A stretch of 64,000 nt of DNA, taken from assembly GCA_001724265.1 (NCBI GenBank), contig MEDY01000075.1, positions 1 through 64,000 on the forward strand, written 5' to 3'. A program made the position numbers and the translations under genes. The DNA comes from Rhizaria sp. SCN 62-66 (taxonomy: Eukaryota). Shown here piece after piece: positions 37,613 to 53,315 of this stretch (the stretch's first letter is position 1; every line of letters starts with the position of its first letter). The notes beneath the pieces are model-generated. The model did no database searches. It had not been told where the DNA came from and worked only from the letters and a program-made list of their open reading frames with translations.

Positions 37613-38611
37613 TTACGCCTTGCTCTCGCCGTCACCAGAGACGGTAAGATAGCGGAACAGCGTGGCCCTGTTAGCCTCAGCAGGGGCGCCGTGAGCCATC
37701 AGCCCGGCCTTGAACTCACTGCCGTCCAGGTCAACCACCGTGGTGACAACGCCGCCCACCGTCACAACCTCAGCGGCAGTCGCAGCGGCGTCGCCGCTGC
37801 CGCTGCCGCTTGCGCTTGTGGTGGAAGCGAGAGAGGGGAGTTGAGTCGCGCCGATCGTGGCCCACTCGACCCCGGCCAACACCTCTCCGAGGTCGCTGAC
37901 GGCGACGGCCGGCATGCCCGCGCCAGGGACAGCCGCGTCGCAGTCGATGTCAGTCGCGTTGACGACGGTGGTATAGCCCTGTGCGTTGGCGTCAAGTGCA
38001 ACCTTGACCTCAGCAGTCACGGTCACGGTCGTCGCCGCCTCCGCCACGTCCGCCGCGCCAGCCTCGGTGACCGTGAGACGGAGAGCAGCCGTCAGGCCCT
38101 GGCCCTGCGCGGCCGGTGAGTCGATCTTCGCGGTCACGGCCGGGCCAGTGCCGGCCTCTGACTTGGCGAAAACGACGCGGGTGACGCCGTCCTTCATGCA
38201 TTCGAGCACGAGCTTGACCCAGGTCGACTGGTTGGCATAGAGGAGCAGACCAGCTTGCTCGCCGTAGGACTGGAAACTGCCGGAAACAGCGGTCTCAACC
38301 ACAGCCACCTGCGGAGCAGCCTTCTCCTTGATGTTTTCGTTGCTGCTGTTGTTGTTGGAGCAGGAGGAGGAGAGGTGGAGGCTGTTGTTAGCGATGATCG
38401 TGTTGCTGGCGGGGCAGGAACGGCCAAAATCACCCCAAATACTGCCAGGAGCGGTACCGACAAAAGCGCCCTTGTGCGCGGGGGAGAAAGTTAAGCCGCT
38501 GGGGAGGTGGCGGAGGACAGTGAGGCCGGACGGGGAAGTGAGGGCGTGGGTCCAGGAGGCCGTTTTGGCAGCGGCGGCAGCGGCGGCAGCGCAGGCAGAG
38601 GAGGCCGACAT
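37613..38611 (-). CDS. DUF1349 / Ree1-like concanavalin-A-fold protein
   Basis: Motif FQSYGEQAGLLLYANQSTWVKLVLE and C-terminal FKAGLMAHGAP...ATLFRYLTV. Intronless. Confidence 0.65.
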   Translation of the reverse strand: MSASSACAAAAAAAAKTASWTHALTSPSGLTVLRHLPSGLTFSPAHKGAFVGTAPGSIWGDFGRSCPASNTIIANNSLHLSSSCSNNNSSNENIKEKAAPQVAVVETAVSGSFQSYGEQAGLLLYANQSTWVKLVLECMKDGVTRVVFAKSEAGTGPAVTAKIDSPAAQGQGLTAALRLTVTEAGAADVAEAATTVTVTAEVKVALDANAQGYTTVVNATDIDCDAAVPGAGMPAVAVSDLGEVLAGVEWATIGATQLPSLASTTSASGSGSGDAAATAAEVVTVGGVVTTVVDLDGSEFKAGLMAHGAPAEANRATLFRYLTVSGDGESKA

Positions 38612-39177
38612 GTCTAAAGGGAGGCAAGAACGAGAGTGAGAAGTTAGAAAGTTGGAGATTTATGCATACCGTGATGTGATAGAACAAAATACACGTTGGA
38701 TTTACGACAAAATATTGGCTGGGTATATAATTTTGTGTTCTTTTGAATCAAGAAAATGTTGGAAAGGGTGAATACTAGAGCGGGGAAGCAATGGGCGACG
38801 TGGTTGAGGTGCGGGTTTCGTGGCCTCACAGTACCCAACCGAGTACACGTAGTATAAAGCATGAGGCGGATGTTTAAGAAATAAAAACAAACATGAAAGT
38901 CGTTCAATAGCAACATATCCAAAGTTTGTAGTAGTAGAACTTTGTTACACGGAGAGGAAGTCTGTTTAGCTACTTGTCAAGAGATGCGCCAAAGAATGAC
39001 CGAGAAGCCGTGATCAAAGGGCTATCTTTAGACCTCTGAACCGCGCCACAACTTCCGACAATAGCTTATTAAGTCAACTGCAAAACTTAAATTATTATTA
39101 TAAACTCTGTTACAAAATTCAAATTCCCCACGTGTTGTTCTTGTCCCGCATTGTGCAGACAGCGAGAGGTTTTCGCG

Positions 39178-42361
<3,184 letters not shown>

Positions 42362-42575
42362 GTGCACTGATATGTCTTTTCGCAGTAGTGAGGCGTAACA
42401 CTGCAGCATACGCAAATGCACTGATAGAGGTGTATAACCAACTATTTATTATAGATGAACAATAAGGCCAGGTAGACAACCCAAAATAAATTCCAGTTTT
42501 AGAACTCTCATTGCGCGAGACGACACTTAATACAGTGTTCATATCGTCGAAAGGAAGCGAAAGTGGTCTCCTCGC

Positions 42576-42587
42576 ATATAGCCGTTG
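42576..42587 (+). promoter_or_regulatory. Candidate MSA/Myb element ATATAGCCGTTG about 300 nt upstream of the cyclin B ATG
   Basis: Contains the CAACGG core on the reverse strand. Further CGGTTG cores lie near 42637 and 42686. Confidence 0.4.
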
Positions 42588-42884
42588 CGGGGCGGCCAGA
42601 TTTCCAGTCGAGGGCCAGGGGGTCGGAGGGTTTCATCGGTTGGAGGCTGCGATGGTATAGAGAGGTCGTGTAATGGCAATTAAAGCGGTTGAACACCGTA
42701 TATGATATTATTTGCAGGTTATACTTCATTGCTACATTCTCTCGCTGTGTCATCTTCGCGTTTTGCCTACTTTAAAAAGGCTGGTCCCAACGACCACAAC
42801 CGACACAACGTTAGCCTAGCCCAGCCTCACAAAACCCATCTGTTCTCCCCCATTTTCCCTTCTCCCACTTCCAGCGTGTCACAG

Positions 42885-44824
42885 ATGTCTCAGCTTACCC
42901 GCTCTGTTCATCAGCTCGACGAGAACGCCGGGCGCACTGCCGCTCAGCCCATGCTTCAGAAGCCCGCAGCGCGTCTTGTCGGTGGCATCCAGGCCCGGCC
43001 TGCCCCGGCTGGCGGCGTCTTCAAGCCTCTCGCCGCCGGTGCTGCGCCCACCCGCACCGCGTTCCGCGATATCAGTAACGTTGCTCCGGCGCCTGCACCC
43101 GTGAACAACGCTCTCAAGAAGCCCGTACGTTTTTCACTGCCTTTTAGCCCCTTTTCTAGCTCACTTGCGCGAGGACGTTTCACCGCGCGCCCAGCGCACT
43201 TCCAGCGCATTATACTTTATCAACTCCTAGGTTTCACATGATATTTTACTTTGTCTGAATTTAAATGGCTTAGATCTAAATAATACCAAGAGGATTTGTT
43301 GCTTCAATTGCTGGATGCATCGCTATTATCGCTTTTTGCCTTACCCATTGCTCAACGGATCGATTTTACCCTGAACCCTGTCGCCCACTCCTTCTTGTGT
43401 CCTCTGCCCCAGGTTGCCACTCAGCAGTACGCTCCTGCTGCTGCCCCGGCTCCTGTCCACTACGCTGCCCCCGTCGGCGCGCCCATGACGGATGACGACT
43501 TCCACTACACTGCTCAGGCCCCTGTTCAGCAGCTCCAGCAGCAGGCTCCCGCTCCGCAGATGGCGCGCCAGGCTACTTTCGAGGACCTCTCCCTCCGCTC
43601 CGCTGCCGCCCCCGTCCCTGCGCCGATGGCCGCGCCCTGCGCGCCCGCATTCTCCGATGATCTGCGTAACCCGCAGATGGTGAGCGTGTATGTGGACCAG
43701 ATTATGGCCCACCTCCGCGCCTCCGAGACTCGCCACCGCCCCAACGAGTACGTCCCGCTTTAAGTTGCTGTCCTTTAAATCACTCGTTCATGCGCTACAG
43801 TCTCTTTAAACCACACTCAACCTTGCTTTCCTCGGTATTCTTTATGTTTTCCTATCCGAACTATTTTTTATTATTCTGTGCCGCTCACCTCCTGTGCTTC
43901 TATCTCTCCTTCCTGTTTCGCCTCCCGCTTCACAGGGCGTACATGAGCATGCAGACCGACATCAACCCCAAGATGCGCGAGATCCTCATCGACTGGCTCG
44001 TTGAGGTTCACCTCAAGTTCAAGCTTCACCAAGAGACTCTTTTCCTCACGGTCAATATTATTGATCGCTTCCTGTCTCTGCGCCCGATTCAGCGCAACAA
44101 GCTTCAGCTCGTCGGATGCACTGCCATGCTCATCGCCGCCAAGTACGAGGAGATCTACGCCCCAGAGGTCCAGGTATGTCGTCTTTCTCATTATTTACGA
44201 ATTACTGAATTTACTCACAACATAATCGTTTTAGAATCTGACTATTTTGTCGATATGCATTGGCTTCAACTAGCTAATGTGCTAACCTTACTCATATTTT
44301 CTCTTGCTTGCTTGCGCTTTGTTTTTCTGATACTCCTTTTGTTTTCCTAGGACTTCGTGTTTGTCTCTGACCGCGCATACACCCGCGAGCAGATCCTCTC
44401 GATGGAGTCTGTCATTCTCAACGAGCTCAAGTTCAACGTCACCGTCCCTTACGCGATGCGTTTCTCCGAGCGCCACGTCCGCGTCCTCCGCCATACCCCC
44501 GAGTTCAAGGAGCTTGTCAACTTCCTCATCGAGCTCACTCTTCAGGACTACAAGTTCCTCAAGTACACAGCCAGCATGGTCGGCGCCTCGGCCGTCTCCC
44601 TCGCGCTGCACTTGACCGGCCAGCCCTCGTGGAACGAGGAGCTCCAGCGCGATGCCCAGTACACTGAGCATGACATCCGTGCCTGCGTGCTCGACCTCTG
44701 GCACCTCAGTGCGCGCGACAACCCCAAGTACCGCGCCGTGCGCCGTAAGTACTCGGCGTCGAAGTACCACGGCGTCGCGCGCATCACGATCGTTGCACCC
44801 GAGGAGGAGCCCGTTCGTGCGTGA
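42885..44824 (+). CDS. Mitotic B-type cyclin; exons 42885-43124, 43413-43747, 43936-44173, 44351-44824
   Basis: Destruction-box-like RTAFRDISN. Cyclin box [13 protein letters not shown]...LQLVG...[10 protein letters not shown]-terminal AVRRKY. Three compatible introns. Confidence 0.92.
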
Positions 44825-45785
44825 ATGCAGTGAAGAGGTCTTAAAGAGACTACTTTTTTGAAGAACTTTAAGGTTGCGGTATTAAGATGGACATGCTCTA
44901 ATCGACCCTCTCTCTCTTGTTTTTGTTGCGCAGCGCACCTTCTCTTTCTTTGAGGCTGGGCGCTTGATGTTAGAAAGATTTTGCAAATGATGCGGTTGCG
45001 TTTGTGCTCAATTTAGAATCACAAGCATAGAACGCAGCTTGCTGTCATTTTCAACGTACAGTTTGATCATCAATGTGTCATCAGCCTCACACACCAGTGC
45101 TAACTCTTTCTTTTGCAAACAAAACTACAGTTACTATAGTCTTATAAGCAGGAGCGAGTTGCAAACGTGGTATCCGTTAGCTAGATTCAATCCATACTGT
45201 TTCTGTGTTTTCTTGTTTCTTTTCTTGTTTATCGTTCGAATTACTTTGTAGATAACTCCATAATCTACAAATGTATGTCAGTTGTTACCGTAAATGATCA
45301 TTATTTGATTATTTTCATTACATCATCGCAGTTTTGTTGTTGTTTTTTAAAAGTCACACCGTCAGTTGTTTCGCCGTACAGTCCCTCTGAAGAGAGACAA
45401 TGTCGCTAGTTTCAGTTAAGTTTGAAAGTAGTCTGATCCAACCTGACCCGCAACAAAATACTAAGTACCACAAATACCAAATAAATTATCATATTCTTTT
45501 ATCACCTACAAGTATGTAAACTCAGCACTCATCTCAACTCACGCACACACAGTTACAGGCGTTACAGGCAACTGTGAAACCATGCATTGTAACATAAACT
45601 ATAGTGTTGAACTAATGATTGTTGTTGTTGTATTCATACGATACAAACACATTCTATGACTTTTTCAAAGAAACAAACCCACACTAAAAACATCAATACA
45701 AGACTTTTCCCCCTCCTCACCAGCGACTGCAACTCCGTGCCTCATGAGAGTTACTGACTAGCGCTGTAGTATTCAATTCGTGCGC

Positions 45786-47864
45786 TTACTTGGAGTGGAA
45801 GACAGCGTTGGCGATGCTGGGGGACACGATCACGCCACCCGCCACAAGCATCTTCTTCCCATCAAACGTCAGCTCCTTGTTGTCGTTGGTCGCGAGAAGC
45901 CCGTAGACGTTCTTGATGACCTTCTCGTTGGCGCGCGCAATAACGCCCTCAACGGGGCGCTGGCCCTCGATGTACAGCCGGTCGCCGACCTTGGCGCCCG
46001 CCGGGGGGCGGAGGAGGTCAGACGCGGTGCCGTCGGCGTTGGAGCCGCCGAGAAGCATGGCGAAGGTCTTGTTGCCGAGGAAAGCGGCGGGCTTGAGGTT
46101 GGCCAGGAGGACGAATGTCTTGCCCTCGAGCTCCTCGACGGCCATCTGCTGACGGACGTTCGTCACAACCTACAGTCGAATGATCGAGTGTAAGCAAGCA
46201 CACACACACACAAAAAAAAAAAAGAGTTAAGTGAGAGCGCAAGCGTCAGCGAAGAGAAAAGAAGAAAAGAAAAAAAACACGATTATGTGCATGCAAGAAG
46301 ACAAAGACAAAAGACATTATGAAATATCAAAATATCACTATATTGTTCTCATGAATATGATTATATCTGCGTACCTGAACAGCGCCCTCGGCGTGGCCGA
46401 TATCAGCCTCGAGAATGTAGAGCTTCTCACTGCCCTCAAGCGGGCGAACGTTCTGGAGCTTACCGACACGGAAGTCGCACTTGTAGCTCTCACCGACAGG
46501 CTCAGCACCCGCCGCGCCGGCGGCGGAGGCCTCAGGCTCAGCAGCAGCGGCGGCCTCGGTGTCGACGGTGCCGTCAATGTCGATCTCAGGCTCCTCGGCG
46601 GCGTGCGACTCGTCGTGGCCCTTGGGGTAGGCGGCGGCGACGATGGCCTGCATCTCAGCCGACTGGAACTCGGCGCGGATAGGGTCAAGCAGGGCGTTGA
46701 TCTCGTACGCAACGGCGTTCTTGAGGTCGAGGGGGAAAAGCGACTTGTCGGCGTAGGCGGCCTCAAGAGCGGCGTAGCTGGGGAAGTGCATGTTGCCACC
46801 GTGCTTCTCCTCGCGACGGATGGTGAGGGACCCGTCCTTGGAGAGGGGGAAGAGGACGCGCTGCGTGAAGGCGAGGAGTCCGTTACCCTCAACGACGCCG
46901 GGGTCCGCGAAAGCCTTGCGAATCTTGGTCTCGACAGTCTCGCGCGAGTCGAGCAGGTCGATCTTGGAGTTGGGGTCGGAGGCGGACATCTTGTTGCCCT
47001 TGCCGCCGGTCAGGGAGGGAACCATGGGGTTCATGAAGTGAAGCCGCTTCGAGTAGCCGATCTTGGGGAGGAAAGTCTCGGCGTAGGTGAAGATCTTGCG
47101 CTGGTCAACACCGCCGAACTGGGCATCAACCTTGAGGTACTCCTCATCGAGCGCCTGGAGCAGTGGGTAGAGCATGCCCGAGAGCATGGGCGACGCGACC
47201 TGCTTGACGACCTCAGCGCCGGCCTTCTTGGAGTTGCGCTCAGAGGTCATGGCGGTGAGCTTGTAGACGTCGAGGGAAAACTCGCGGGAGAGCTGGTAGT
47301 CGGTACCGCGGACAAACTTGAGCTTGTCGAGGGGAACGCCGATCGACTTGAGCATCGACTTGATCACGCACTCGTAGTACGTCGTGCGAGCCTAGAGATG
47401 GAACAAAAAAGTAGCAACAAAAAAGCAAAAAGTAGAGGAGTGAGGTGTTGCTTGCAGTATACATGCAAGATAGATGCTTGATAGATAATTGTTTAACAAA
47501 TAGGAGAAAGTAGATAATTTACATAAAATGTGAAAGATATATGATGCAGGAATGATGTTTCGTTCGCGAGATATCGACATACCTGGAGGAGGTTCCAGGG
47601 CGCCTTCTGGTTGTCGAGGTAGGCGTGGAGGTCAGCGAAGAGGATGGTAACCTCGCAGCCAGCGCGCAGGAAATCGGCGACCTTGGCCATGGGGACAAAG
47701 TACGCGATGTGGGGCGCACCAGTTGTCGCAGTGCCCCAGTAGAGCTTGAGGTCGCGCTCGGCGAGGATGGTCTTGAGGGACTCAACGGCCTTCTCGGCAC
47801 CCATGACTTCGTCGAGGCCGCGGGTGATCAGCTCAACCTTCTCGGGAACGGAAAGGCTACTCAT
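45786..47864 (-). CDS. YARS: Cytosolic tyrosyl-tRNA synthetase with a C-terminal EMAP II-like tRNA-binding OB domain; exons 47864-47583, 47391-46375, 46169-45786
   Basis: [14 protein letters not shown] (HIGH-like), [10 protein letters not shown] and KMSAS. C-domain DFRVGK...KLY...LANLKPA...[10 protein letters not shown]. Confidence 0.95.
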
Positions 47865-48640
47865 CGCTAAAGAAGCTTTCTGCTGTGATAGGGAGTTCGT
47901 GGAAAGATATCAGGAAGAAAATGATGAGGTTGTGAGGAAGTTTTAGTGGCTGATTTGTGGTGCCGTCGTCGACCGCGAAGCGGGGATGGAGCAAAGACAA
48001 GGCCCGAGTAATCCACAAAACACGCAACAGAAAGAGAAAACACTCGTTTTGAAGAATCTACAGCGCATATAGTCCAAATGAAGGTGTTTCATGTGCTAGA
48101 GTTGTGTTATTGCGCGATGCGGACACGGCAGAACAAGCAAGCAAGAAGGTTGAGGTGCGCTTCGAGGACCGCGTAGTTCGAGCGCTGACAAGCTGCATAA
48201 AAGCACAACTACACGGAATAAAAAGAAAAGCAAGTAGAATACAAACGTTCAAGTCCTAGCGCACTACGCAAAACCGTCGAGAGCCGCACTGCACACTCCA
48301 CGTAAGATGGAAACACAGACGACTACGGCAGCTTGCGAACCGTTCGTGGTGGTCGTCGTCCGACTTTTTACGAACCACCGAAGTCGCTGCCACACAGAAC
48401 AGCGAGAGAGCCAAACGGTCACGATCACAATCTCATCTGCCCAGCCATCACACCTCCGTTGTTAGAAATGCCACGCTACCGAACAAATATGTTCGCATCT
48501 TTTCTGCTTATATTTTTAATAAGAGTTTCAAATTTACTTATTTACTCCCCCTGCACTCTTCCCCGCAGCCCCGCTCTTCCCGGCACAACCTGCCCTACCC
48601 CGCCTCCCTAGTCACTCCCAGCCCTGTGCACTCTTCCCGC

Positions 48641-51600
48641 ATGCCGCCCAAAGTCTACGGCCCGCCCCGCACTGACTTTGGCCCGCCTCCCCCGGGCTAC
48701 ATCCCCGGTGTCGGCCGCGGCGCCGTCGGTTTCACCACTCGCGCCGACGTCGGTCCCATGATGGCGCTGGCGTCCGGCGCGCCGTTCGTCCCCGAACGCG
48801 GACAGGGCCCCGCTGCGATCATGCGCCAGCGCGAGGCGCTCAAGGAGCTGCAGCAGAAGATTGCTGAAGACGGCGCCGCGTCGAACGAGGGCTCTCTGTT
48901 CTCTACCGGGGCGTACGAGGCTGACGACGCCGCGGCCGACCGCGCGTATGACGAAGCTGACGCGTACGCAGGAGTCAAGCGCTCCCGTCTCGCCTCTGCA
49001 ACAACCTCCGCATCAGCCAACACTGGCGGTGGCGGGACGGTTCGTTTGTCGGAGCATATCACAGCGCAGTTCGCCGACGTCCGCCGCGAGCTGGCGACTG
49101 TGACGGCGGAGCAATGGGGCGCGCTGCCCGAATCCCTCGACTACTCCCGGCAGAATAAACTCACTAACGCGTCAGTCAACCGCGTTACGCTCACGGCCGC
49201 GCCTGACTCGCTCATCATGGCGGGTGCGAGCGCGGCCGGCGCCGACGGGGCGGGGATCGACGTTGACGCGCTCGGCCGGGCGCGTGAGCACGCTCTTGCA
49301 GCCAGCCTTGACCGCGCCTCAGCGAGCTCTCACACTGTCACATCAACTAGCTCCACAAGCGCTTTGCTCGAAGATATCGATGGCACGACGGCGAGCGGCG
49401 ACGCTGCGTCCCGTATGAGCATGGGTGACGTCAAACGTCTGCGTGCACTGTATAAAAGCGCCGTCACGACCAACCCGACCCATGCGCCTTCTTGGGTCGC
49501 CGCTGCCCGCCTCGAACGCTCTCAGGTCCGTCTTCCTTACACAGGATCTATCTCTCGTTAACAAGCATGAATCTGAAATGCAGTTGTTTACACTATATTT
49601 TAACATTTTAATATTTAAGTTTATTATCTACCGAAATACTTTTGTTTAAACTCAAACCACTCACATATACTTCTATTTTAATGTATTCGCATTTGTTGTT
49701 GATTTTTCTTTGCTTTCTCTCCTCAGGGTCGTTTGGCGGATGCGCGTCGCATCATCGATCTTGCCTGCGAGCACTGCCCCCTGAGCGAAGACGTCTGGCT
49801 CGAAGCCGTTGACCTCAACCCCGGTTGCGAGCGCGCTGTGCTCGCCACCGCCGTCCGGTCCCTCCCGCGCTCACAGTCCCTCTGGCTGCGAGCCGCCAAA
49901 TCAGAGCAGGCGCCGGCGGCCCAACGCGCCGTGCTCCGTCGTGCTCTCGAGGTGCTCCCCAAGGCTGTCCCGCTGTGGCGCGCCGCCGTCGCCCTCGAAG
50001 AGCCCGACGACGCGCGCATCCTGCTGTCCCGCGCGGTCGAGCTGGTCCCCGCAGCGCTCGAGCTGTGGCTGGCGCTGGCCCGGCTGGAGAGCTACGACGG
50101 CGCGCGGGCAGTGCTCAACGCGGCGCGGCGGGCGCTGCCGGGGGAGCGCGCCGTGTGGATGGCGGCGGCGCGGCTGGAGGAGACGCGCGGCAACGATAGC
50201 AACGTCGCGGCCGTGGTCGCGGCCGCGGTCCGCTCGCTCACGGCGCAGAACGCGATTGGGACGCGGAAGGACTGGCTGAATGAAGCCGTTGCTGCGGAGC
50301 GGGAAGGGTGCCTGCTTGTCTGTCAAGCTATCGTCGCCGCTACAGCCACGCTCAACATCACCCTTGCTTCAAAGCAAGAGGCGAGTTCAAGTGACTCTGG
50401 TGCGACTGCTGCTACTCCGTTGAGTGATGATGAGCTGATTGCTGTGTGGCGTGCTGACGTCGACGCATTACTCAACAAAAACAGCGGCAATCATACCACT
50501 GCCAGCAGCAGTGTTGTGAACGCAAGTAGCGCAGGATACGTGTCTGAGAGTGGGTTCGTCGCTATCGACACAGCCCGCTCGCTGCTGCAACACGCAGTCG
50601 CCACTTTTCCCGCTCGCGAAGCACTCTGGATCACTCTCACCGAGTTTGAAGCCGCGCATGGCGACTTGACTTTGATGCGCGCGGTGCTGGCCAAGGCCGT
50701 CGAACGGTGTCCGCGCACGGAGTTGCTGTGGTTGCGTGCCGCGCGACTGGCGCGGGACTCGGGTTCTCTTGAAACGGCCCGCGGGATCCTTGACCAAGCT
50801 TTCCAGGTAAGCTACTTAAAACAATAATATGTCGTCGTTATATTTGCTAATCTTAATTAGATTTGATATCTATATGATTAATTATTGAAAATTGGTCTGT
50901 ATTCTCAATTTTGACTTCTAATACTCACATATACCTGTGATATCTTCACCTTTTTGTTGGTTTTGTTTAGGCGAACCCGAAAAGCGAGGAGATTTGGCTC
51001 GCCGCGGGCAAAATCGAGGCCGACAACGGCGACATTGCCCGCGCGCGCGCCCTGCTCGACCGCGCCCGCGAGCGCACGGGCACAGCACGCGTGTGGGTGC
51101 GTGCTGCTAAGTACGCGCGCTTCGCCGGCGACGCCGCGGCGCTGGTGTCACTGTTGACGGAAGGGGTGAAACGGTTCCCGGCGGAATGGAAGCTGTGGCT
51201 GATGCTCGCGCAACACCATGCTGCTCCGCTGTACCCCACGATCTCCGTTCTCACCGCGCAACAGCGCAACACGACGCGCTCTTCTACTATCAACGGTGGT
51301 GTTAGTTCTAATAGCGCACCTCTTAGCTCAACCCTCTCTAGCTCTAGCTCTAGCTCTAGCGCAAACGCAAACGCAAACGCTCCCACAAACGCTAGTGCAG
51401 CTGCTGGACAAAATAGCTTTGCGTTGTTGACGGAGGCTGCCATTGCAGCTGCCCGCACTGCCTTCCGCTCCGGTTCACAACACTGCCCCAATGCGGCTGC
51501 GCTGTGGGTCGAATACGTCCGCTTCGAGCGCGCGCTCAGCACGTACACCAATCTAAGTACCCCAGGCAGTGGCACGGCCTCGGCGTCGTCAGATGCGCGC

Positions 51601-52512
51601 GCGCGTGCCGTGTTAGAGCGCGCGCGCGCCGCTCTGCCGAACAGCGACGCGCTCTGGATCGAAGCCATCTACCTCGAAACCAACACACATAGCCCCCATA
51701 GCACTGCAGCCAACCTTGCCGCCGCGTTTCCCAATGCAACCGCTGTTTCTTCTGTCTCTTCTGCTTCGAACATCAGCGCGAACTCTGCGCAGGCCGCTCT
51801 GCAAACCCTCGCCCGCGCGCAAAAGGCGTGCCCGGACTCCGGCGCTCTCTGGGCGCTGGCTGTCGAGCTCGAGACGCGTCCGCAGCGCAAGGCGCGCGCG
51901 ATGGCCGCGCTGGAGCGCTGCGGCGACGACGGGCGCGTGCTGTTGGCCGTCGCCAAGTGGTTCTGGGAGCGCAGCAAGGCGGAGGAAGCGCGGAGCTGGT
52001 TTGAGCGTGCGGTGGCCGCGGCGCCGGCGTTGGGTGACGCGTGGGCCTTTTACCTCAAGTTTGAGCGCGAGCGGGTGGACGCGGCGCTGGCGGCTGCGAG
52101 GGCAGAGGCCAACACGGTCGCGGCGGCGGCGGCGGCGGCCAGCGAGGTTAAGCTGGAGCACAGCGCCCTCACGACTGCTGCGTCTGCTCCTGCTGCGGCA
52201 GGTGTGAAGAGTGAACACTCCGGTGCTATAACAGTCAAATCTGAGCTGGACACCAGCGCAACAGCAATGACTGACAGCACTGGTACCGCTCCCGCTGTTG
52301 TTGATATCGAGTCCAACGCCGGTGTGTGTGCGGCGCGCGCCCGCGTGGCGAGTGTAGAGACTCGTTGCGCTGCGGCGCGGCCGCGTTACGGCGAACGGTG
52401 GGCGCCGGTGTGGAAGCGCGATAGCGTGGTGACGCCGGCGCATGTCGCCGTGTTGAGGGAAGTTGCAGACGGGATTCGCGAGATCTTCGGGAAACCGCTC
52501 TTCTCTGGCTAA
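48641..52512 (+). CDS. PRPF6: Pre-mRNA splicing factor PRP6 (U5-102K, TPR/HAT repeats); exons 48641-49525, 49727-50806, 50971-52512
   Basis: PPPGYIPGVGRGAVGFTTRADVGP N-terminus, TNPTHAPSWVAAARLE, CPLSEDVWLEA, LGDAWAFY and PRYGERW. Confidence 0.93.
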
Positions 52513-53315
52513 GAGGATCCTCTACTGATCCCGATGCAACTCCGCTTGAATGGATTGATGTTTATGTAAATATGGTGTTGGTGTAATGCGATTGATTGTT
52601 ACAACAGCTTAATGACGGTACATTTTACTACATGTATATCATGAGAATTCTAGCAGAGTGAAAAAATGGGGGGCTACTTATCGAACTGAAGTTAACAATG
52701 TCAGCTATATATCTGAGCTGAACAATACATTGTTAAAATACTGTGTTTTTTAAGCCGAGTTTATCTTTGCACGAGAGCACATTTGCTTAAATAGACCCAA
52801 TTACCCATTTATGCATCGCTCTGAATATCGTAACCTCCAAGTCGGCCAAGGTGCACAAAGTGGAGGGTCTTTTGTGGGGAGGACTGGGATTGCATGCCGT
52901 TGCTTTGCGTCACGATGTATACAGCTCACAGCTTTAACCAGAATGGTTATCTCTTAATTGATTTCGAGACGCAACCGTAATTTGTGCATAGACTAATAGT
53001 TTGCAAGACGTGTAAGACGCCATTACTTTGTGAAGGAATTGTGTCTTTTGTACCCCTTTTGTCGAACCAGCATCGCAGCTCTCGCCTTAAAATAACTTGT
53101 GAATCCAGCTGTATCCTCACTTCTTGTCGAAGAAAACATAACAATTTCTTGTTTTACGTGTGCATATTGTGCTGCACTTAAAGATAAATTGCTTTTCGAT
53201 CACTATCACTGTAGAATCACAGCCAAATTTGTCGCGTTGACTGCATCCTTCCCTAACGACCTCACAAACACATGTTTTTCTGTCCTCCTCTTTGTGGCTT
53301 GATAATACCTTTTTT

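Noticed and set aside
47391-47395. Other apparent in-frame TAGs at exon starts (e.g. 47392, 27491, 20154, 44350, 50970, 61794)
   Set aside because: These are TAG splice acceptors at the ends of AT-rich introns with phase-compatible GT donors.
46231-47481. Long antisense ORFs (also 9143-10165, 20879-21820, 31111-31932)
   Set aside because: They are shadows of GC3-biased real genes on the opposite strand, with no independent motifs.
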